From contig OZ244621.1 in assembly GCA_965218425.1 (NCBI GenBank), positions 832,001 to 896,000 of the forward strand: DNA of 64,000 nucleotides, in the 5' to 3' direction. Shown piece by piece: positions 51,634 to 63,564 of this stretch. This stretch comes from an uncultured Candidatus Binatia bacterium. GTDB lineage: Bacteria; Desulfobacterota; Binatia; UBA9968; CAXXLF01. A program made the translations under genes and the position numbers. Every line of letters begins with the position of its first letter. Within the stretch, counting starts at the first letter, position 1. The notes under the pieces are model-generated. The model searched no databases, had not been told where the DNA came from, and saw only the letters and a list, made by a program, of their open reading frames with translations.

Positions 51634-52851
51634 CTAAACCTCTAGGAATTTTGCTGCATGAGTCAGGTTTCGGTTGCCCCTAGGGGTGACCAACACGACA
51701 TCTTCCAATCGGACCCCACCCATTCCCATATAGTAAAGTCCAGGCTCCACCGTAACCACGTGTCCGGTTCGAAGCGTTGACTCGACCCCACCGATCCGGG
51801 GGATTTCATGGATGTCCAAACCCAAGCCATGTCCCGTGCCATGAAAAAACCCCTGCATCCTGCCGTTAAGTTTTCCCGTGGGAAAGCCCTGTTGCTGGAA
51901 AAGGTCTAGGATTTTTCGGTGGACCTCGTGACCGTTGACCCCATCCCGGATGAGGCGAAATCCAATTTCCTGCCCCTGACGCACGGTTTCGTAAGCTTCC
52001 TTCAGGCGCTCCGAGGCCCGACCCCGCACCAGAGTCCGGCTAAGATCTCCAAAGTATCCCGTTTCCTGAGAGCGTGGGAATATATCGAATACAATGGACG
52101 TGTGAGCCTTGATAGGACCGTAGCCCTCGTTGTGAGGATCGCAACACTGGTTTCCAGAGGCCACAATGGTGTGGCTGGGGACCCACCCTTCTGCCATGAT
52201 AGCAGTATTGACCACGGTTTTGATAGCCTCGGACGTAAGTCTCCGCCCGTAAAGATAAAGATAGCCATCCTTGCCAATCCTTGATCGTCTCAGGGCATCG
52301 ATTCCGGCGTCCAATCCCACCTCGGCGATCCGAATAGAGTCCCGAATCTTTCTTACCTCTCCGTTGGTCTTTATCTCCCTGTCATCGAAAAAGGGGTCCT
52401 TCTGAACCACCACGTCAAAGCCACTGAACCTCAGCCGGTCGGCCAGGAGAATTGGAAAATTTGAAGGAACCAGGAGAGAACCAACGCCCCTATCTTTGAA
52501 AATGAGCCCCAACACATCCACAATGGTGACATTCGCCTTACCCCCATTTCGCAGGCGCCTTTGGTATCCGGAAAGGGAAAGTACGGCGTGCACCTTGGCC
52601 TGTTTTTTTGCCCGGTCAAGCTCCAGGTCGCTCATCACCAGGTATTTCCTTCCCCGATGCTGGAAAAAAATAAATGGATCTGGGGCAAAGAAGCTGGTAG
52701 CATAGAGGATATTGGAATCGATTTCACTCGCCGCTACGATCAGACGGGCTCTCCCTTTATCCAACGGCCTCCTGGGCCGGGACGACCCCTTACGGGATCT
52801 GTGTCTCTTCATTCGGGAATCCTGTTTTTTTGAGGCATAGCGAGGAATCAA
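51634..52851 (-). CDS. Xaa-Pro aminopeptidase (M24 family)
   Basis: DPH, FDIFPR, YFGDLSRT, HGTGHGLGLDIHE, TVEPGLY, GVRLED; start may be ATG 52812. Confidence 0.93.
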   Translation of the reverse strand: MIPRYASKKQDSRMKRHRSRKGSSRPRRPLDKGRARLIVAASEIDSNILYATSFFAPDPFIFFQHRGRKYLVMSDLELDRAKKQAKVHAVLSLSGYQRRLRNGGKANVTIVDVLGLIFKDRGVGSLLVPSNFPILLADRLRFSGFDVVVQKDPFFDDREIKTNGEVRKIRDSIRIAEVGLDAGIDALRRSRIGKDGYLYLYGRRLTSEAIKTVVNTAIMAEGWVPSHTIVASGNQCCDPHNEGYGPIKAHTSIVFDIFPRSQETGYFGDLSRTLVRGRASERLKEAYETVRQGQEIGFRLIRDGVNGHEVHRKILDLFQQQGFPTGKLNGRMQGFFHGTGHGLGLDIHEIPRIGGVESTLRTGHVVTVEPGLYYMGMGGVRLEDVVLVTPRGNRNLTHAAKFLEV

Positions 52852-53096
52852 TTACGGGCACCGCCCGATGGGGCCGAATAACTCTAAGCTACCAATTTCG
52901 CTGTTATATCTCAAGGACAAAGTGCGAGGACCCATTCATCTTTTCTGTTGACACCCACATTCCTTTGTACTTATGTATGCCCAAAACTCGATATTCAATG
53001 AATAAGACTGGAAAACCATAGCGAGCAACTTGCCGCGAAATATTTGGAACAGGATTTGAAATCGAGGAGAAAATATAAAGTGAGGCCGCATTAACC

Positions 53097-54647
53097 ATGG
53101 GTCTAAAAGAAAACCTGGAAAGGCTGAATCTGCTGAACCAACAGGCCGAATTGGGGGGAGGTCAGAACAGAATCGACCGTCAGCGGGAACAAGGCAAACT
53201 CCTGGCTAGGGAGCGAATTGATATTCTTTTAGACCACGGCAGCTTCGTGGAACTAGACCGTTTCAGGACCCACGACTGTTCCGACTTTGATATGGACAAA
53301 CAGAAGTATCCGGGCGACGCCGTAGTGACAGGTTACGGCTCCATTGAGAGTAGAACGGTCTATGTCTATTCCCAAGATTTCACTGTCTTTGGCGGGAGTC
53401 TCAGTGCGGTGGTTGCAGAAAAGATATGCAAAGTGATGGACCTGGCTCTCCAGAACGGAGCTCCAATCTTCGGCATCAATGACTCCGGAGGGGCCCGCAT
53501 TCAAGAGGGAGTGGCCAGCCTTGCGGGTTATGGGGATATCTTTCAAAAGAACGTCATGGCCTCAGGCGTGGTCCCGCAGATTTCCGCAATCATGGGACCT
53601 TGTGCCGGCGGGGCAGTTTACTCCCCTGCCATCACCGATTTTATCTTCATGACCAAAACAAGCAGCTACATGTTCATCACCGGGCCAGATGTTATCAAGA
53701 CGGTCACTCACGAGGAGGTGTCGAAAGAAGACCTGGGAGGCGCAGAGACCCACAACACCAAAAGCGGTGTGGCCCACTTTTCGGCGGAAAATGAAAAGGA
53801 ATGTCTCTTGATGATGCGGGAACTCATGGATTTCCTGCCCAGCAACAACCTAGAGGAACCTCCTTTCCATCCCACGGACGACGACTTGCTGAGACGCGAG
53901 GCAAAACTCAAAGAACTGATCCCGGATAATCCAAACCGCCCCTATGACATGAAAGAACTAATTAGTGCGGTGGTGGACGAGGGATATCTCTACGAAGTGC
54001 AGCGTGACTTTGCTCCCAACATCCTGGTCGGTTTCGCCCGCCTCGGCGGGTGGCCCGTTGGTATTGTGGCAAATCAACCCGCTCATCTGGCCGGGTGCCT
54101 GGACATCGATGCATCGGTCAAGGCCGCCCGTTTTATCCGGTTTTGTGATTGTTTTAATATCCCCTTGGTAACGTTTGTGGACGTCCCTGGTTTTTTGCCC
54201 GGCACAACTCAAGAATACGGCGGAATTATCCGGCATGGGGCCAAGCTCCTATACGCCTATGCGGAGGCTACCATCCCCAAGCTCACCGTGATTACGCGTA
54301 AGGCCTACGGTGGGGGGTACATCGTAATGTCTAGCAAGCATTTGCGCGGTGACATTAACATTGCTTACCCCACAGGCGAGATCGCGGTAATGGGCCCCGA
54401 GGGGGCTATCAACATCGTGTCGCGCCACGAATTGGAAAAGGCCGAAGATCCGGTAAAGGCCAGAGAAGAACTGGTGGAGAACTATCGGCAGACGTTTGCG
54501 AATCCGTTCAAGGCCGCGGAGCAGGGTTACGTTGACACGGTCATTGCCCCGGAGGATACTCGCCCAACCCTCATTCGTTCCCTAGAGATGTTGAAGAGGA
54601 AGCGGGTCAATAACCCACCTAAAAAACATGGGAACATACCGTTATAA
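53097..54647 (+). CDS. pccB: Acyl-CoA (propionyl-CoA-type) carboxylase carboxyltransferase subunit
   Basis: [43 protein letters not shown]. Confidence 0.93.
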   Translation: MGLKENLERLNLLNQQAELGGGQNRIDRQREQGKLLARERIDILLDHGSFVELDRFRTHDCSDFDMDKQKYPGDAVVTGYGSIESRTVYVYSQDFTVFGGSLSAVVAEKICKVMDLALQNGAPIFGINDSGGARIQEGVASLAGYGDIFQKNVMASGVVPQISAIMGPCAGGAVYSPAITDFIFMTKTSSYMFITGPDVIKTVTHEEVSKEDLGGAETHNTKSGVAHFSAENEKECLLMMRELMDFLPSNNLEEPPFHPTDDDLLRREAKLKELIPDNPNRPYDMKELISAVVDEGYLYEVQRDFAPNILVGFARLGGWPVGIVANQPAHLAGCLDIDASVKAARFIRFCDCFNIPLVTFVDVPGFLPGTTQEYGGIIRHGAKLLYAYAEATIPKLTVITRKAYGGGYIVMSSKHLRGDINIAYPTGEIAVMGPEGAINIVSRHELEKAEDPVKAREELVENYRQTFANPFKAAEQGYVDTVIAPEDTRPTLIRSLEMLKRKRVNNPPKKHGNIPL

Positions 54648-54730
54648 GACAGGGACGGAGACAGAGCAAGAAAAAGGAAGCTTAATTCTTTTCCCTATCA
54701 CTGTCTCTATCTCTGTCTCTTTCTATTCAT

Positions 54731-56269
54731 ATGTTTAAACGCATCCTGATTGCCAATAGAGGTGAGATTGCCGTCCGGATTATCCGTGCCTGTAAAGAGC
54801 TGGATATAGAAACGGTGGCGGTCTATTCCGAGGCCGACCGAGACGCTCTGCACGTGAAGTATGCGGATTACGCCTATCTCGTGGGTCCGCCCCCATCGCT
54901 GGAGAGCTATCTTGCCATTGACCGTATTCTGGAGGCGGCAAAAAAGAGTTCTGCAGAGGCCATCCACCCAGGCTACGGATTTCTGGCCGAGAACCCGGAA
55001 TTTGCCCGCAGATGCCAGGAAGAGGGCGTTGTGTTTATCGGCCCCCCTGCCGAGGTCATCGATCAGATGGGGGATAAGGTTAAGGCAGGCGAGATCATGA
55101 AAGCCGCGGGAGTTCCCGTCATTCCCGGGTCGGGGAAGGTGTTGACCTCTGAAGAAGAAGTCCTTGAGACAGCCCAGGCCATTGGCTACCCCCTGATGTT
55201 AAAGGCGGCTGCCGGCGGTGGCGGCAAAGGACTGAGATTGGTCCGCTCGGCTCGGGAGATCCAGTCCGCCTACCGCGCGGTGCGCTCGGAGGCACAATCT
55301 TCATTCGGAGATTCCCGCCTCTATGTGGAGAAGTATCTCGAGCGATGTCATCATGTGGAAGTCCAGATCATCGGCGATCAACATGGAAGGGTGATCCATC
55401 TCTACGACAGGGAATGTTCTATTCAGCGCCGGCACCAAAAAATAATCGAGGAATGCCCAGCACCCACCTTAGACAAATGGGTCAGGCGAAACATCGGTCG
55501 GGTAGCCGTGCAGGGGGCTAAGGCCGTTAACTACGTGGGGCTCGGCACCTTGGAATTTCTTTTGGATTCGGACAGAAATTTTTATTTTCTAGAGATGAAC
55601 ACCCGCCTGCAGGTAGAACATGCCGTGACCGAAAGGGTCATTGGAATCGATCTGGTCAAGGCCCAAATCGAGGTGGCAGCCGGGACCCGTCTTCCCTGGC
55701 GTCAACGCCATATCAGACTGACAGGTCATGCCATCGAATGCCGAATCTATGCGGAGGACCCGGAAACCGATTTTATGCCTTGCCCAGGGAAGATCGAAGG
55801 GCTGCGGCTACCCGAAGGTCTCGGCGTTCGCAATGATTGCGGGGTTTATGAAGGTGCTGAGGTCCCCATCTACTACGACCCCATGATCGCCAAACTGATC
55901 GTATGGGGAGAAAATCGAATGGAGGCCCTCTTCAGGATGCGCAGGGCCCTGCGCGAATACCAGGTGAGAGGGATCAAAACCAACATTCCGTTTCACCAGT
56001 GGATATTGCGCCATCCTCGCTTCATGGCCGGTGACCTGAACACGGCCTTTATCGACGACGAGCACGGATCCAGGGGAAAGGAAGAGCTCTATCCTCACCG
56101 GCATGTGGCCCTGGCATCGGCAGCCATAGCGGCCCTTCACCGAGAAGAGGAGCAGGCCCTTCAGGTTCTGCAACAAGGCGCCAATGAAAAATCCGAATGG
56201 CGCGAAACGGGAAAAAGGGAATCCCTTCGGCGGGCAGCCAATTTAATGGTTCAGAAAACGAAATGGTAG
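54731..56269 (+). CDS. accC: Biotin carboxylase subunit
   Basis: LIANRGEIA, HPGYGFLAEN, GGGGKG, RECSIQRRHQK, EMNTRLQVEH, YDPMIAKL. Confidence 0.95.
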   Translation: MFKRILIANRGEIAVRIIRACKELDIETVAVYSEADRDALHVKYADYAYLVGPPPSLESYLAIDRILEAAKKSSAEAIHPGYGFLAENPEFARRCQEEGVVFIGPPAEVIDQMGDKVKAGEIMKAAGVPVIPGSGKVLTSEEEVLETAQAIGYPLMLKAAAGGGGKGLRLVRSAREIQSAYRAVRSEAQSSFGDSRLYVEKYLERCHHVEVQIIGDQHGRVIHLYDRECSIQRRHQKIIEECPAPTLDKWVRRNIGRVAVQGAKAVNYVGLGTLEFLLDSDRNFYFLEMNTRLQVEHAVTERVIGIDLVKAQIEVAAGTRLPWRQRHIRLTGHAIECRIYAEDPETDFMPCPGKIEGLRLPEGLGVRNDCGVYEGAEVPIYYDPMIAKLIVWGENRMEALFRMRRALREYQVRGIKTNIPFHQWILRHPRFMAGDLNTAFIDDEHGSRGKEELYPHRHVALASAAIAALHREEEQALQVLQQGANEKSEWRETGKRESLRRAANLMVQKTKW

Positions 56270-56293
56270 GGCCCTCCTCGGACCCAACAGACT

Positions 56294-56797
56294 ATGGCCT
56301 TCATCGCTAAGCTGGGCGATCAGACCTACACCGTAGAGATCGAAGAAATCGGCAAGTCTCTTTACCGGGTGGCCGTGGACGGCAACGAGATCCTCGTTGA
56401 CGGGAAGAAGACGGGTCGAAGCAACTTCTCCCTCATTATCAACAACCGATCCTTCGAGGTGGACGTGGACATCTCCGAGCCGGAATACCGGGTTTTGGTG
56501 GATGGGCGGAGCTATCACATCGACCTTATGGACGAGCGTCGCATGCGTGTGGGTGGATTTCAATCCGGGATTCAACTGCAGGGCAGGCAAAATATCTCAG
56601 TCCCCATGGCAGGAAGGGTCATCGCCGTTCTGGTCAACGAGGGGGACCAAATCGAAAAAGGTCAAGGACTAGTCATCGTCGAGGCCATGAAGATGGAAAA
56701 CGAGGTGCGTTCCCCCATCCAGGCTGAGGTAAAAGAAGTCAAGGTAAAAGCCGGACAAGCTGTGGAAGCTGGCGAGCTCCTCGTCGTCGTGGAATAG
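56294..56797 (+). CDS. Biotin carboxyl carrier protein
   Basis: EAMKMENE biotinylation motif. Confidence 0.95.
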   Translation: MAFIAKLGDQTYTVEIEEIGKSLYRVAVDGNEILVDGKKTGRSNFSLIINNRSFEVDVDISEPEYRVLVDGRSYHIDLMDERRMRVGGFQSGIQLQGRQNISVPMAGRVIAVLVNEGDQIEKGQGLVIVEAMKMENEVRSPIQAEVKEVKVKAGQAVEAGELLVVVE

Positions 56798-56959
56798 GTA
56801 TTTCAGACCTAGACCTTTCCAGCAGCCGAATTAGGCTTTATCAATTTTGCATCTCGCCGGGCCGTCCGTGAATTAAAATCCCAATTCCGAAGCCCGAAAT
56901 CTCAAACAAACCAAAACACTGAAATCCAAAACTAGATTGTTTGGAATTCTCTTGATCAT

Positions 56960-57721
56960 CTAGTCTTCATCCCCATCTCTTCTCTGTGCGAAATAAGCCA
57001 CACCGATACTCACCCCATATAGGGCTGTGAGCGGCAGCGCCAGCAGGATCTGCGAGACAACATCAGGCGGCGTCAGAATAGCTCCCAAGGCAAAAATGAC
57101 AATAAGCGCGTAGCGAAACTGTCGGATCAAAAAAAGATGATCGATCAGCCCGACACGGGTGAGGAAGAAGGCAAACACCGGCAGTTCAAAAACAACCCCG
57201 AAAGCCAAGAGCAGCTTTGAGGAAAAGGATAAATACTCACCTATTCTAATGTTAGGCTCCACCTCCATGGACTCATAGGTTTTGAGCAGAAACCCAAAGC
57301 CAACGTTAAATATCACTTCATAGCAGAACCAGGCTCCCGCGAAAAAAAAGAGCGTGCCGAAAAAGACAAAGCCTCGTGCATAGCGCACCTCGTGTGCGTA
57401 CAGGCCAGGGGCGACGAACTGCCAGATCTGCCACAGAATCACCGGAAGGGACAAGAATAGGGACGCAACAAAACTGACTTTGATTTTGACGAAGAACGCC
57501 TCAGGAACCCCGGTACCGATCAAGCTGAGACCAGGGGCTTCCAACGCCCTCAGGGGAGCCGCCAGGAAGGCAAAAATGTGTTCGGCAAAGGCAAAGGTCA
57601 CCAGAAAGGCAAGGACCACGGCCACGAGACACTTGATCAACCGAGACCGTAGTTCGTCTAGGTGTCCTAGAAAGGGCATCCTGGCATCGCCAGGCGCCCC
57701 GCTACCCGGTATGCTTTCCAC
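56960..57721 (-). CDS. tatC: Twin-arginine translocase subunit TatC
   Basis: [30 protein letters not shown]. Confidence 0.97.
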   Translation of the reverse strand: MESIPGSGAPGDARMPFLGHLDELRSRLIKCLVAVVLAFLVTFAFAEHIFAFLAAPLRALEAPGLSLIGTGVPEAFFVKIKVSFVASLFLSLPVILWQIWQFVAPGLYAHEVRYARGFVFFGTLFFFAGAWFCYEVIFNVGFGFLLKTYESMEVEPNIRIGEYLSFSSKLLLAFGVVFELPVFAFFLTRVGLIDHLFLIRQFRYALIVIFALGAILTPPDVVSQILLALPLTALYGVSIGVAYFAQRRDGDED

Positions 57722-57959
57722 TCTGCTTCGAAGGTTGGACTGGGGTGGGTGATTCCTCGGCGGAGGCCTTGGAGCTAGTAGGATTCTCTATTTCCTCTTC
57801 CACTTCACGGAACTCGTCCTTCAGCTCGTCCGTGGTCCGGCGAAACTCGGCCAATCCCTTTCCCAGGGCACGCGCAATTTCTGGCAGCCTCTTGGGTCCC
57901 AGTACGATTAGGGCCACTGCGAGGATAAGAATCAACTCCGGCATGCCTATACCGAACAT
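57702..57959 (-). CDS. tatB: Twin-arginine translocase TatB/TatA-family subunit
   Basis: [24 protein letters not shown]; overlaps the tatC start. Confidence 0.85.
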   Translation of the reverse strand: MFGIGMPELILILAVALIVLGPKRLPEIARALGKGLAEFRRTTDELKDEFREVEEEIENPTSSKASAEESPTPVQPSKQSGKHTG

Positions 57960-58063
57960 GGACGGCCTCCAACCCTTGTAACTAATTCATTTTCCAACGA
58001 TTCGCAACCTCTAGGGAAAGGACTTTACAGATCCCGACACGGAGTGGTACACAGGCAACCATC

Positions 58064-59089
58064 ATGTCACGTTCCGCAGTGGTCATCGACCCAGAATTTC
58101 TAAAACATGAACCGGGTGAGTTCCATCCGGAGCGACCGGAGCGCCTCAAAGCCCTTATGGACCTTATCAGTCATCTCCAAGGACAAACGGTTCAAATCCT
58201 CCCTCCCAGGCAAGCAAGATTAGCCGAGATCGAGACCTGCCATGGTAAACAGTACATCGATCTGATCCGATCCACCTCTGAAACCAACCGATTCGCTTTA
58301 GATGGAGACACGGTTACCTGCAGAGACTCCTTTGGCACCGCCCTACTAGCGGTAGGTGGATTTCTCAGGCTGTTGGAGTCCATGGCGGCCGGGGACTTCC
58401 AAAACGGATTTGCCATGGTGCGCCCACCAGGTCATCACGCAATGCGAGACCACGCCATGGGATTCTGCCTATTCAATACCGTGGCCATCGGCGCACAGTT
58501 TCTGCGGACTCAATACAGTGCAAAGCGTATCCTGGTCATGGACTGGGACGTCCATCATGGAAATGGGACTCAGGACAGTTTCTATTGGGACCCCTCGGTC
58601 CTCTATATTTCCACCCACCAGTATCCCTATTACCCCGGCACCGGCGCAATGGACGAAGTCGGTGTGGAAAAAGGAGAAGGGTTTACTGTTAACATTCCCC
58701 TGCCTCAAGGCTGTGGAGATGAGGAATATATCGGGGCCTTCAACCGGATTGTTTTGCCCATTGCGGCGAAGTATGAACCAGAGTGGATCTTGGTCTCTGC
58801 GGGGTTTGACCCCCACCGGCAAGACCCCTTAGGAGGAATGCTCGTCACCGAGGAAGGCTTCGCCACCATGGCTTCGCTGCTCCTCAACCTGGCACAAAAA
58901 TTCGCAGGCGGAAAGGTCGCATTTTTGCTCGAGGGAGGCTATAATCTAAAGGCACTGAAAAGCTCCGTTAGTGCTGTTCTGCGGATAATATCAGGCGAGC
59001 AACAGATCAAGCGGCATCCCCTGATAGATGGAAAGAATATAGAAGTCATCATCCGCAAAATCCTCAGAGTTCAGGAATCCTACTGGTAG
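58064..59089 (+). CDS. Histone deacetylase family amidohydrolase
   Basis: HPERPER, RPPGHHA, GFCLFN, DWDVHHGNGTQ, SAGFD, LEGGY. Confidence 0.96.
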   Translation: MSRSAVVIDPEFLKHEPGEFHPERPERLKALMDLISHLQGQTVQILPPRQARLAEIETCHGKQYIDLIRSTSETNRFALDGDTVTCRDSFGTALLAVGGFLRLLESMAAGDFQNGFAMVRPPGHHAMRDHAMGFCLFNTVAIGAQFLRTQYSAKRILVMDWDVHHGNGTQDSFYWDPSVLYISTHQYPYYPGTGAMDEVGVEKGEGFTVNIPLPQGCGDEEYIGAFNRIVLPIAAKYEPEWILVSAGFDPHRQDPLGGMLVTEEGFATMASLLLNLAQKFAGGKVAFLLEGGYNLKALKSSVSAVLRIISGEQQIKRHPLIDGKNIEVIIRKILRVQESYW

Positions 59090-59120
59090 ACAGGCATATT
59101 GCTCCATCTAATTAATTTTG

Positions 59121-59149
59121 TTGACGGCCAGGGCAGCCTAGATTATCCT
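59121..59149 (+). promoter_or_regulatory. Putative sigma70 promoter of fabF-fabH
   Basis: TTGACG-17 nt-TATCCT with an AT-rich upstream tract. Confidence 0.55.
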
Positions 59150-59172
59150 AATACATTCATGGGGTTATAACG

Positions 59173-60423
59173 ATGAGTGAGCCGAATCGCAGAGTCGTTG
59201 TCACAGGCTTAGGACTCGTTACCCCTTTGGGTACCGGGGTAGAAACCAACTGGGAAGCCATTGTTGCTGGGCGCTCCGGGGTCCGGCCCATCACGAGATT
59301 TCCCAACGTAGAGTTCATGGCCGCACGCATAGCAGGGGAAGTGGCCGACTTTCGGGCTGAAGATTTCATCGATCCCAAAGAGATCAAGAAGATGGATCTC
59401 TTCATTCAATACAGTGTTGCCGCAGCTGAGATGGCGATGCGAAGCAGTGGATTGAAGATCGACCCAGAAGAGGCCCATCGTGCGGCAGTCATTATCGGAG
59501 TCGGTCTGTGCGGCATTGCCACCATCGAATATTATCAGCAGGCGTATATGGAGGGGGGACCTCGAAAGATATCGCCCTTCTTTATTCCCAAAGTGATTTC
59601 CAACCTAGCGCCAGGTCAGATTGCCATCCGACATGGCGCCAAAGGAGTTAATTGGACACCCACATCCGCCTGCGCATCGGGGAACCACGCTATCGGAGAG
59701 GCCTTTCACCTGATCAAGCGCGGCGTACAGGACGCCGCCATCGCAGGAGGTGCGGAGTCGGCCATTACACCCCTTGGTGTCGGCGGATTTGCCGCCATGA
59801 AGGCGCTTTCCATACGCAACGACGACCCCGAACGGGCGAGTCGACCCTTCGATAAGGACCGGGACGGATTTGTCATAGCAGAGGGTTCCGGCGTCTTGAT
59901 CCTCGAGGAAAGGGAGAGAGCTCTCAAGCGAGGTGCCAACATTTTGGCAGAAGTGATTGGCTATGGAGCCAACGGGGACGCCTACCATATCACTTCGCCA
60001 TCACCTGATGGCGAGGGTGCTGCCCGTTGCATGGATTTGGCCCTCCAGGACGCGGGGATCGAACCAACCGATATGGACTATATCAACGCTCATGGAACTT
60101 CCACGGAATACAACGACATCAACGAGACACAGGCCATCAAAAAGGTCTTTGGAGAGCACGCCCATAAAATCGCCGTCAGTTCCACAAAATCCATGACCGG
60201 TCACATGCTAGGGGCCGCCGGAGCGGTGGAAGGGGTCTTCACCGTCTTGGCCCTTCATCACGGAACCATTCCTCCAACCATAAATCACGAGACTCCCGAT
60301 CCACTTTGTGACTTGGATTATGTGCCCAATCAAGCACGAAAGGCCGACATCAAAGTGGCCCTCTCCAACTCCTTTGGATTTGGTGGGACCAACGCCTGCG
60401 TTATCTTCAGGAGGGCTGCATGA
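59173..60423 (+). CDS. fabF: Beta-ketoacyl-ACP synthase II
   Basis: [38 protein letters not shown]. Confidence 0.97.
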   Translation: MSEPNRRVVVTGLGLVTPLGTGVETNWEAIVAGRSGVRPITRFPNVEFMAARIAGEVADFRAEDFIDPKEIKKMDLFIQYSVAAAEMAMRSSGLKIDPEEAHRAAVIIGVGLCGIATIEYYQQAYMEGGPRKISPFFIPKVISNLAPGQIAIRHGAKGVNWTPTSACASGNHAIGEAFHLIKRGVQDAAIAGGAESAITPLGVGGFAAMKALSIRNDDPERASRPFDKDRDGFVIAEGSGVLILEERERALKRGANILAEVIGYGANGDAYHITSPSPDGEGAARCMDLALQDAGIEPTDMDYINAHGTSTEYNDINETQAIKKVFGEHAHKIAVSSTKSMTGHMLGAAGAVEGVFTVLALHHGTIPPTINHETPDPLCDLDYVPNQARKADIKVALSNSFGFGGTNACVIFRRAA

Positions 60424-61415
60424 GACCACCCCAACACCGCACAGTGATCCTAGGCAGCGGTTCGGAACTGCCAACAAAGGTCGTAACCAATACGGATTTC
60501 GAAAAACTCATCGACACCAGCGACGAGTGGATCACCACTCGAACGGGCATTAAAGAAAGACGGGTCCTGGAAGACGGCAAGGGAACAGCCGACATGGCCT
60601 ATCATGCTTCCATGCGTGCCCTAAAAGCAGCAGGCATGGAAGCCAACGACCTCGATGCCATCATTGTAGGAACATGCACTCCGGACTACCCCATGCCCAG
60701 TTCCGCCTGTGTTCTCGAGGACATGCTGGGGGCACGAAAAGTCTTCTCCTTTGATATCAACGCGGCTTGTTCCGGTTTTCTCAACGCCCTGACAGTGACC
60801 GATTCCTTCGTTCGTACTGGAATGATCCGCAATGCCCTGGTGGTGGGATCCGATGTTCTGAGCCGGGTGCTCGATTGGCAGGATCGATCCACCTGCGTTC
60901 TGTTCGGTGATGGTGCGGGGGCCATTGTGGTTGGGGCTTCCGACGATGGGCAACGCGGTATTCTCAGTGCACGGCTGCGCACGGATGGCTCCTACGCTAA
61001 GACACTCTATGTTCCCGCTGGTGGCTCACTCCAACCGGCCAGTTTAGAGACCGTTGAGCGCAGGCAGCATACCATTACCATGAATGGGAAAGAGGTGTTT
61101 AAGATCGCGGTGCGCGCCATGGAAGAGATCAGCCGTGAAGTACTTGAGGAAGCCAACGTGAGTGTCGAGGAGGTTTCCCTGGTGATTCCCCATCAGGCAA
61201 ATCTTAGGATCATTAACGCTCTAGCAGAGCGCTTAAAAATGCCTCCGAAAAAGGTGGTGGTGAATGTCGACAAGTACGGCAACACTTCGGCGGCTTCCGT
61301 TCCCGTTGCACTGGACGAGGCCTGGCGGCAGGGTCGTATCGCCGCAGGAGATACAGTCCTTCTCAATTCCTTCGGTGCTGGATTTGCCTGGGGGGCCGTG
61401 CTGATCAGGTTTTAA
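60420..61415 (+). CDS. fabH: Beta-ketoacyl-ACP synthase III
   Basis: [39 protein letters not shown]. Confidence 0.97.
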   Translation: MRPPQHRTVILGSGSELPTKVVTNTDFEKLIDTSDEWITTRTGIKERRVLEDGKGTADMAYHASMRALKAAGMEANDLDAIIVGTCTPDYPMPSSACVLEDMLGARKVFSFDINAACSGFLNALTVTDSFVRTGMIRNALVVGSDVLSRVLDWQDRSTCVLFGDGAGAIVVGASDDGQRGILSARLRTDGSYAKTLYVPAGGSLQPASLETVERRQHTITMNGKEVFKIAVRAMEEISREVLEEANVSVEEVSLVIPHQANLRIINALAERLKMPPKKVVVNVDKYGNTSAASVPVALDEAWRQGRIAAGDTVLLNSFGAGFAWGAVLIRF

Positions 61416-61599
61416 TAAGCAACCTGCTTTTATTATTGGGTTCAGCCGCCGAGAACCCAGGATGTCCCCCACCCAACCTCGGGTCAGCCTCCCCTGGAAG
61501 ACCACAGGGGGCTCGCCTATGGGCAAACCAGCCAGCCATTGCCGTATTTTGGGAAAGACCAACCATGCCCGACTCACGTGGCTCGCAAATACTCTTGGC

Positions 61600-62200
61600 T
61601 TTGGCCACCATCTTGGCATCCAGTATCTTTCTATTTACTCCCTTCCTATCTATAGGTTGGCAACCTGGATGAGTTTGCCACCCCGTTCTCGATTATCCCG
61701 AGTCTCTACCTTCGCCCGGCAATATCTGTCATAAGGACACTAGGGTTGGTGGGCATAATCCTGCCCGCCTCTATTTTTTCCCCGCTACCTGACTCTTCTT
61801 GCGGTCATCAGCCTTTTGGTTTGGTTCCAGGGATACACAATCGTGTGGAATTATGGGGTGCTGGATGGCCGTGCAATCGATTGGAAAATTGGTATGTGAC
61901 GGGGTTGGTTAGATCTGGGAATCTGGCTTGGTGCCATCCTGACGGCCACCTACTATTACCCCCCGGGTTGGAAAGACAATGGTCGTCGCTGCCATAGCGA
62001 TTTTCTTTTTGCAATTAACCTATTCCCTGATTAATGCTGCACAGAATACGTCTCCATTGCTCGCGAAATCTCGGAGCAAGCCAACCGTCGGCGCGCTGAA
62101 GGAGATCTACAGGTTTTCGGCGCATAAAAACGTCCTGCACCTGATACTGGATGGATCTCAGTCCAACGTATTTGAGGAGACTATTGACAACAAACTTGTC
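61600..62200 (+). pseudogene. Fragmented membrane sulfatase-like protein, N-terminal part (boundaries approximate)
   Basis: Pieces across frames: NLDEFA, WFQG..WNYGVLDGRAIDW, FSAHKNVLHLILDG; stops and frameshifts; catalytic domain missing. Confidence 0.6.
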
Positions 62201-62283
62201 ACGAAACCATTTAGTCCTCATTCGTTTCGAGGTCTGATCGATAGTTTAAAATCCTCCATCCAAAGACTCACATGGCATCCTCC

Positions 62284-62546
62284 TTGATTCACCATTTAGC
62301 GATCTCTAATAATCTACCGCTGGATGCATAGCCAGGTTTTTTAGGCAAATATCCTCTTGGCTTATCATTGAACTCATCCCAAAAACGGATTCTCAGGTCG
62401 AAAGACTTCTTTTCACCAGGAAGGACGTATTCCACGAATACGCGCAGGAGAACTTTGAAGCGGAATTCGGCAATCTATTTTTGATACATGATTCTGTGAA
62501 GATACACGACTCTCAGCGCACCCTCTACCTGATGCAAGGGAAATGA
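62284..62546 (+). pseudogene. C-terminal remnant of a class I SAM-dependent methyltransferase
   Basis: LIHHLAISNNLPL, frameshift, then WLIIELIPKTDSQVERLL..RKDVF..RTLYLM*. Confidence 0.65.
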
Positions 62547-62604
62547 TATTGGGTAGCGTAAGATATCTTTTTAGCCTGTCACTCCGAAACCGTTAGTGAC
62601 CCTC

Positions 62605-63276
62605 TTATTTTTCAAACCCCATCTTACGACCCCAGCTCACGGGGTCTGCTAAAAAATCTTGAATCTCCCGGCTAGCCTGATCGCTGAAATACTTTTTACT
62701 GAGTCCCGTATTCAACACGTGATCCCAAGTGACGAGGCTATGGAGCTCGATGTTGTGTTCTGCCAGCTTCTTCCTTCCCTCGTGAAGGTTCAGTCGATTC
62801 AAACTGTATTCAAACACGCACAGGCAATGGGTGATGGCAGCTCCCTCGGCACGAATACCATCGTTAAATCCCAATTTACTCTTTCCGTCCGTGATCAAGT
62901 CCTCCACCAGCAGGACCCGCTGCCGGGCTTCCAAAACACCTTCAATCTGTTTGCTCTGACCATAGCCTTTGGCGGCCTTCCTCACGTAGATCATGGGCTT
63001 ACCGATCTTCAGGGAAACAAACGCCGCGTAGGGAATTCCCGCGGTTTCTCCTCCGGCAATGACATCGATGGCTTCCGGACCAATGTCTCTCTTAACGCTG
63101 ATTGCCAAATGTTCGACGATGTGGTCCCTCACCTTGGGAAAGGACAGCAATCGACGGCAGTCGACGTATACAGGGGAGACCCTCCCTGAGACGAAAACAA
63201 AAGGACGGTCCCGGTAAACTTGAACTGAACCGGTCTGTAAAAGCCCTTCAGCGATTCTCTCTTGAAATTCTTCCAT
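62605..63276 (-). CDS. pyrE: Orotate phosphoribosyltransferase
   Basis: SGRVSPVYVDCR, GGETAGIP, YVRKAAKGYG, LLVEDLITDG; start placed at ATG 63276 (63343-region alternative possible). Confidence 0.92.
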   Translation of the reverse strand: MEEFQERIAEGLLQTGSVQVYRDRPFVFVSGRVSPVYVDCRRLLSFPKVRDHIVEHLAISVKRDIGPEAIDVIAGGETAGIPYAAFVSLKIGKPMIYVRKAAKGYGQSKQIEGVLEARQRVLLVEDLITDGKSKLGFNDGIRAEGAAITHCLCVFEYSLNRLNLHEGRKKLAEHNIELHSLVTWDHVLNTGLSKKYFSDQASREIQDFLADPVSWGRKMGFEK

Positions 63277-63564
63277 GAAACTGTCCACTCCTCGAAGACC
63301 TCCACTCGGATTGCCCTCCGACTTGGAACTGGCTTTGGGCATCCATCTCACCTGTACAATCCGCGTGGGCGTCCGTTTAGTGCAAATCCGGCGGTCCTCC
63401 ATCCCACCGGACATGGGACCGATCCGCAATCTCACCCCTCCTACCACCTCTATTTGACACCCGCAAGTATGGATTTGCTTTAGCCAGTCGATACACGAAA
63501 CAACCGGGCGGATAGATGAGAACGGGAAGTCAAAGAGATCGTATCCCGCCAAGAAGGAACTAAT

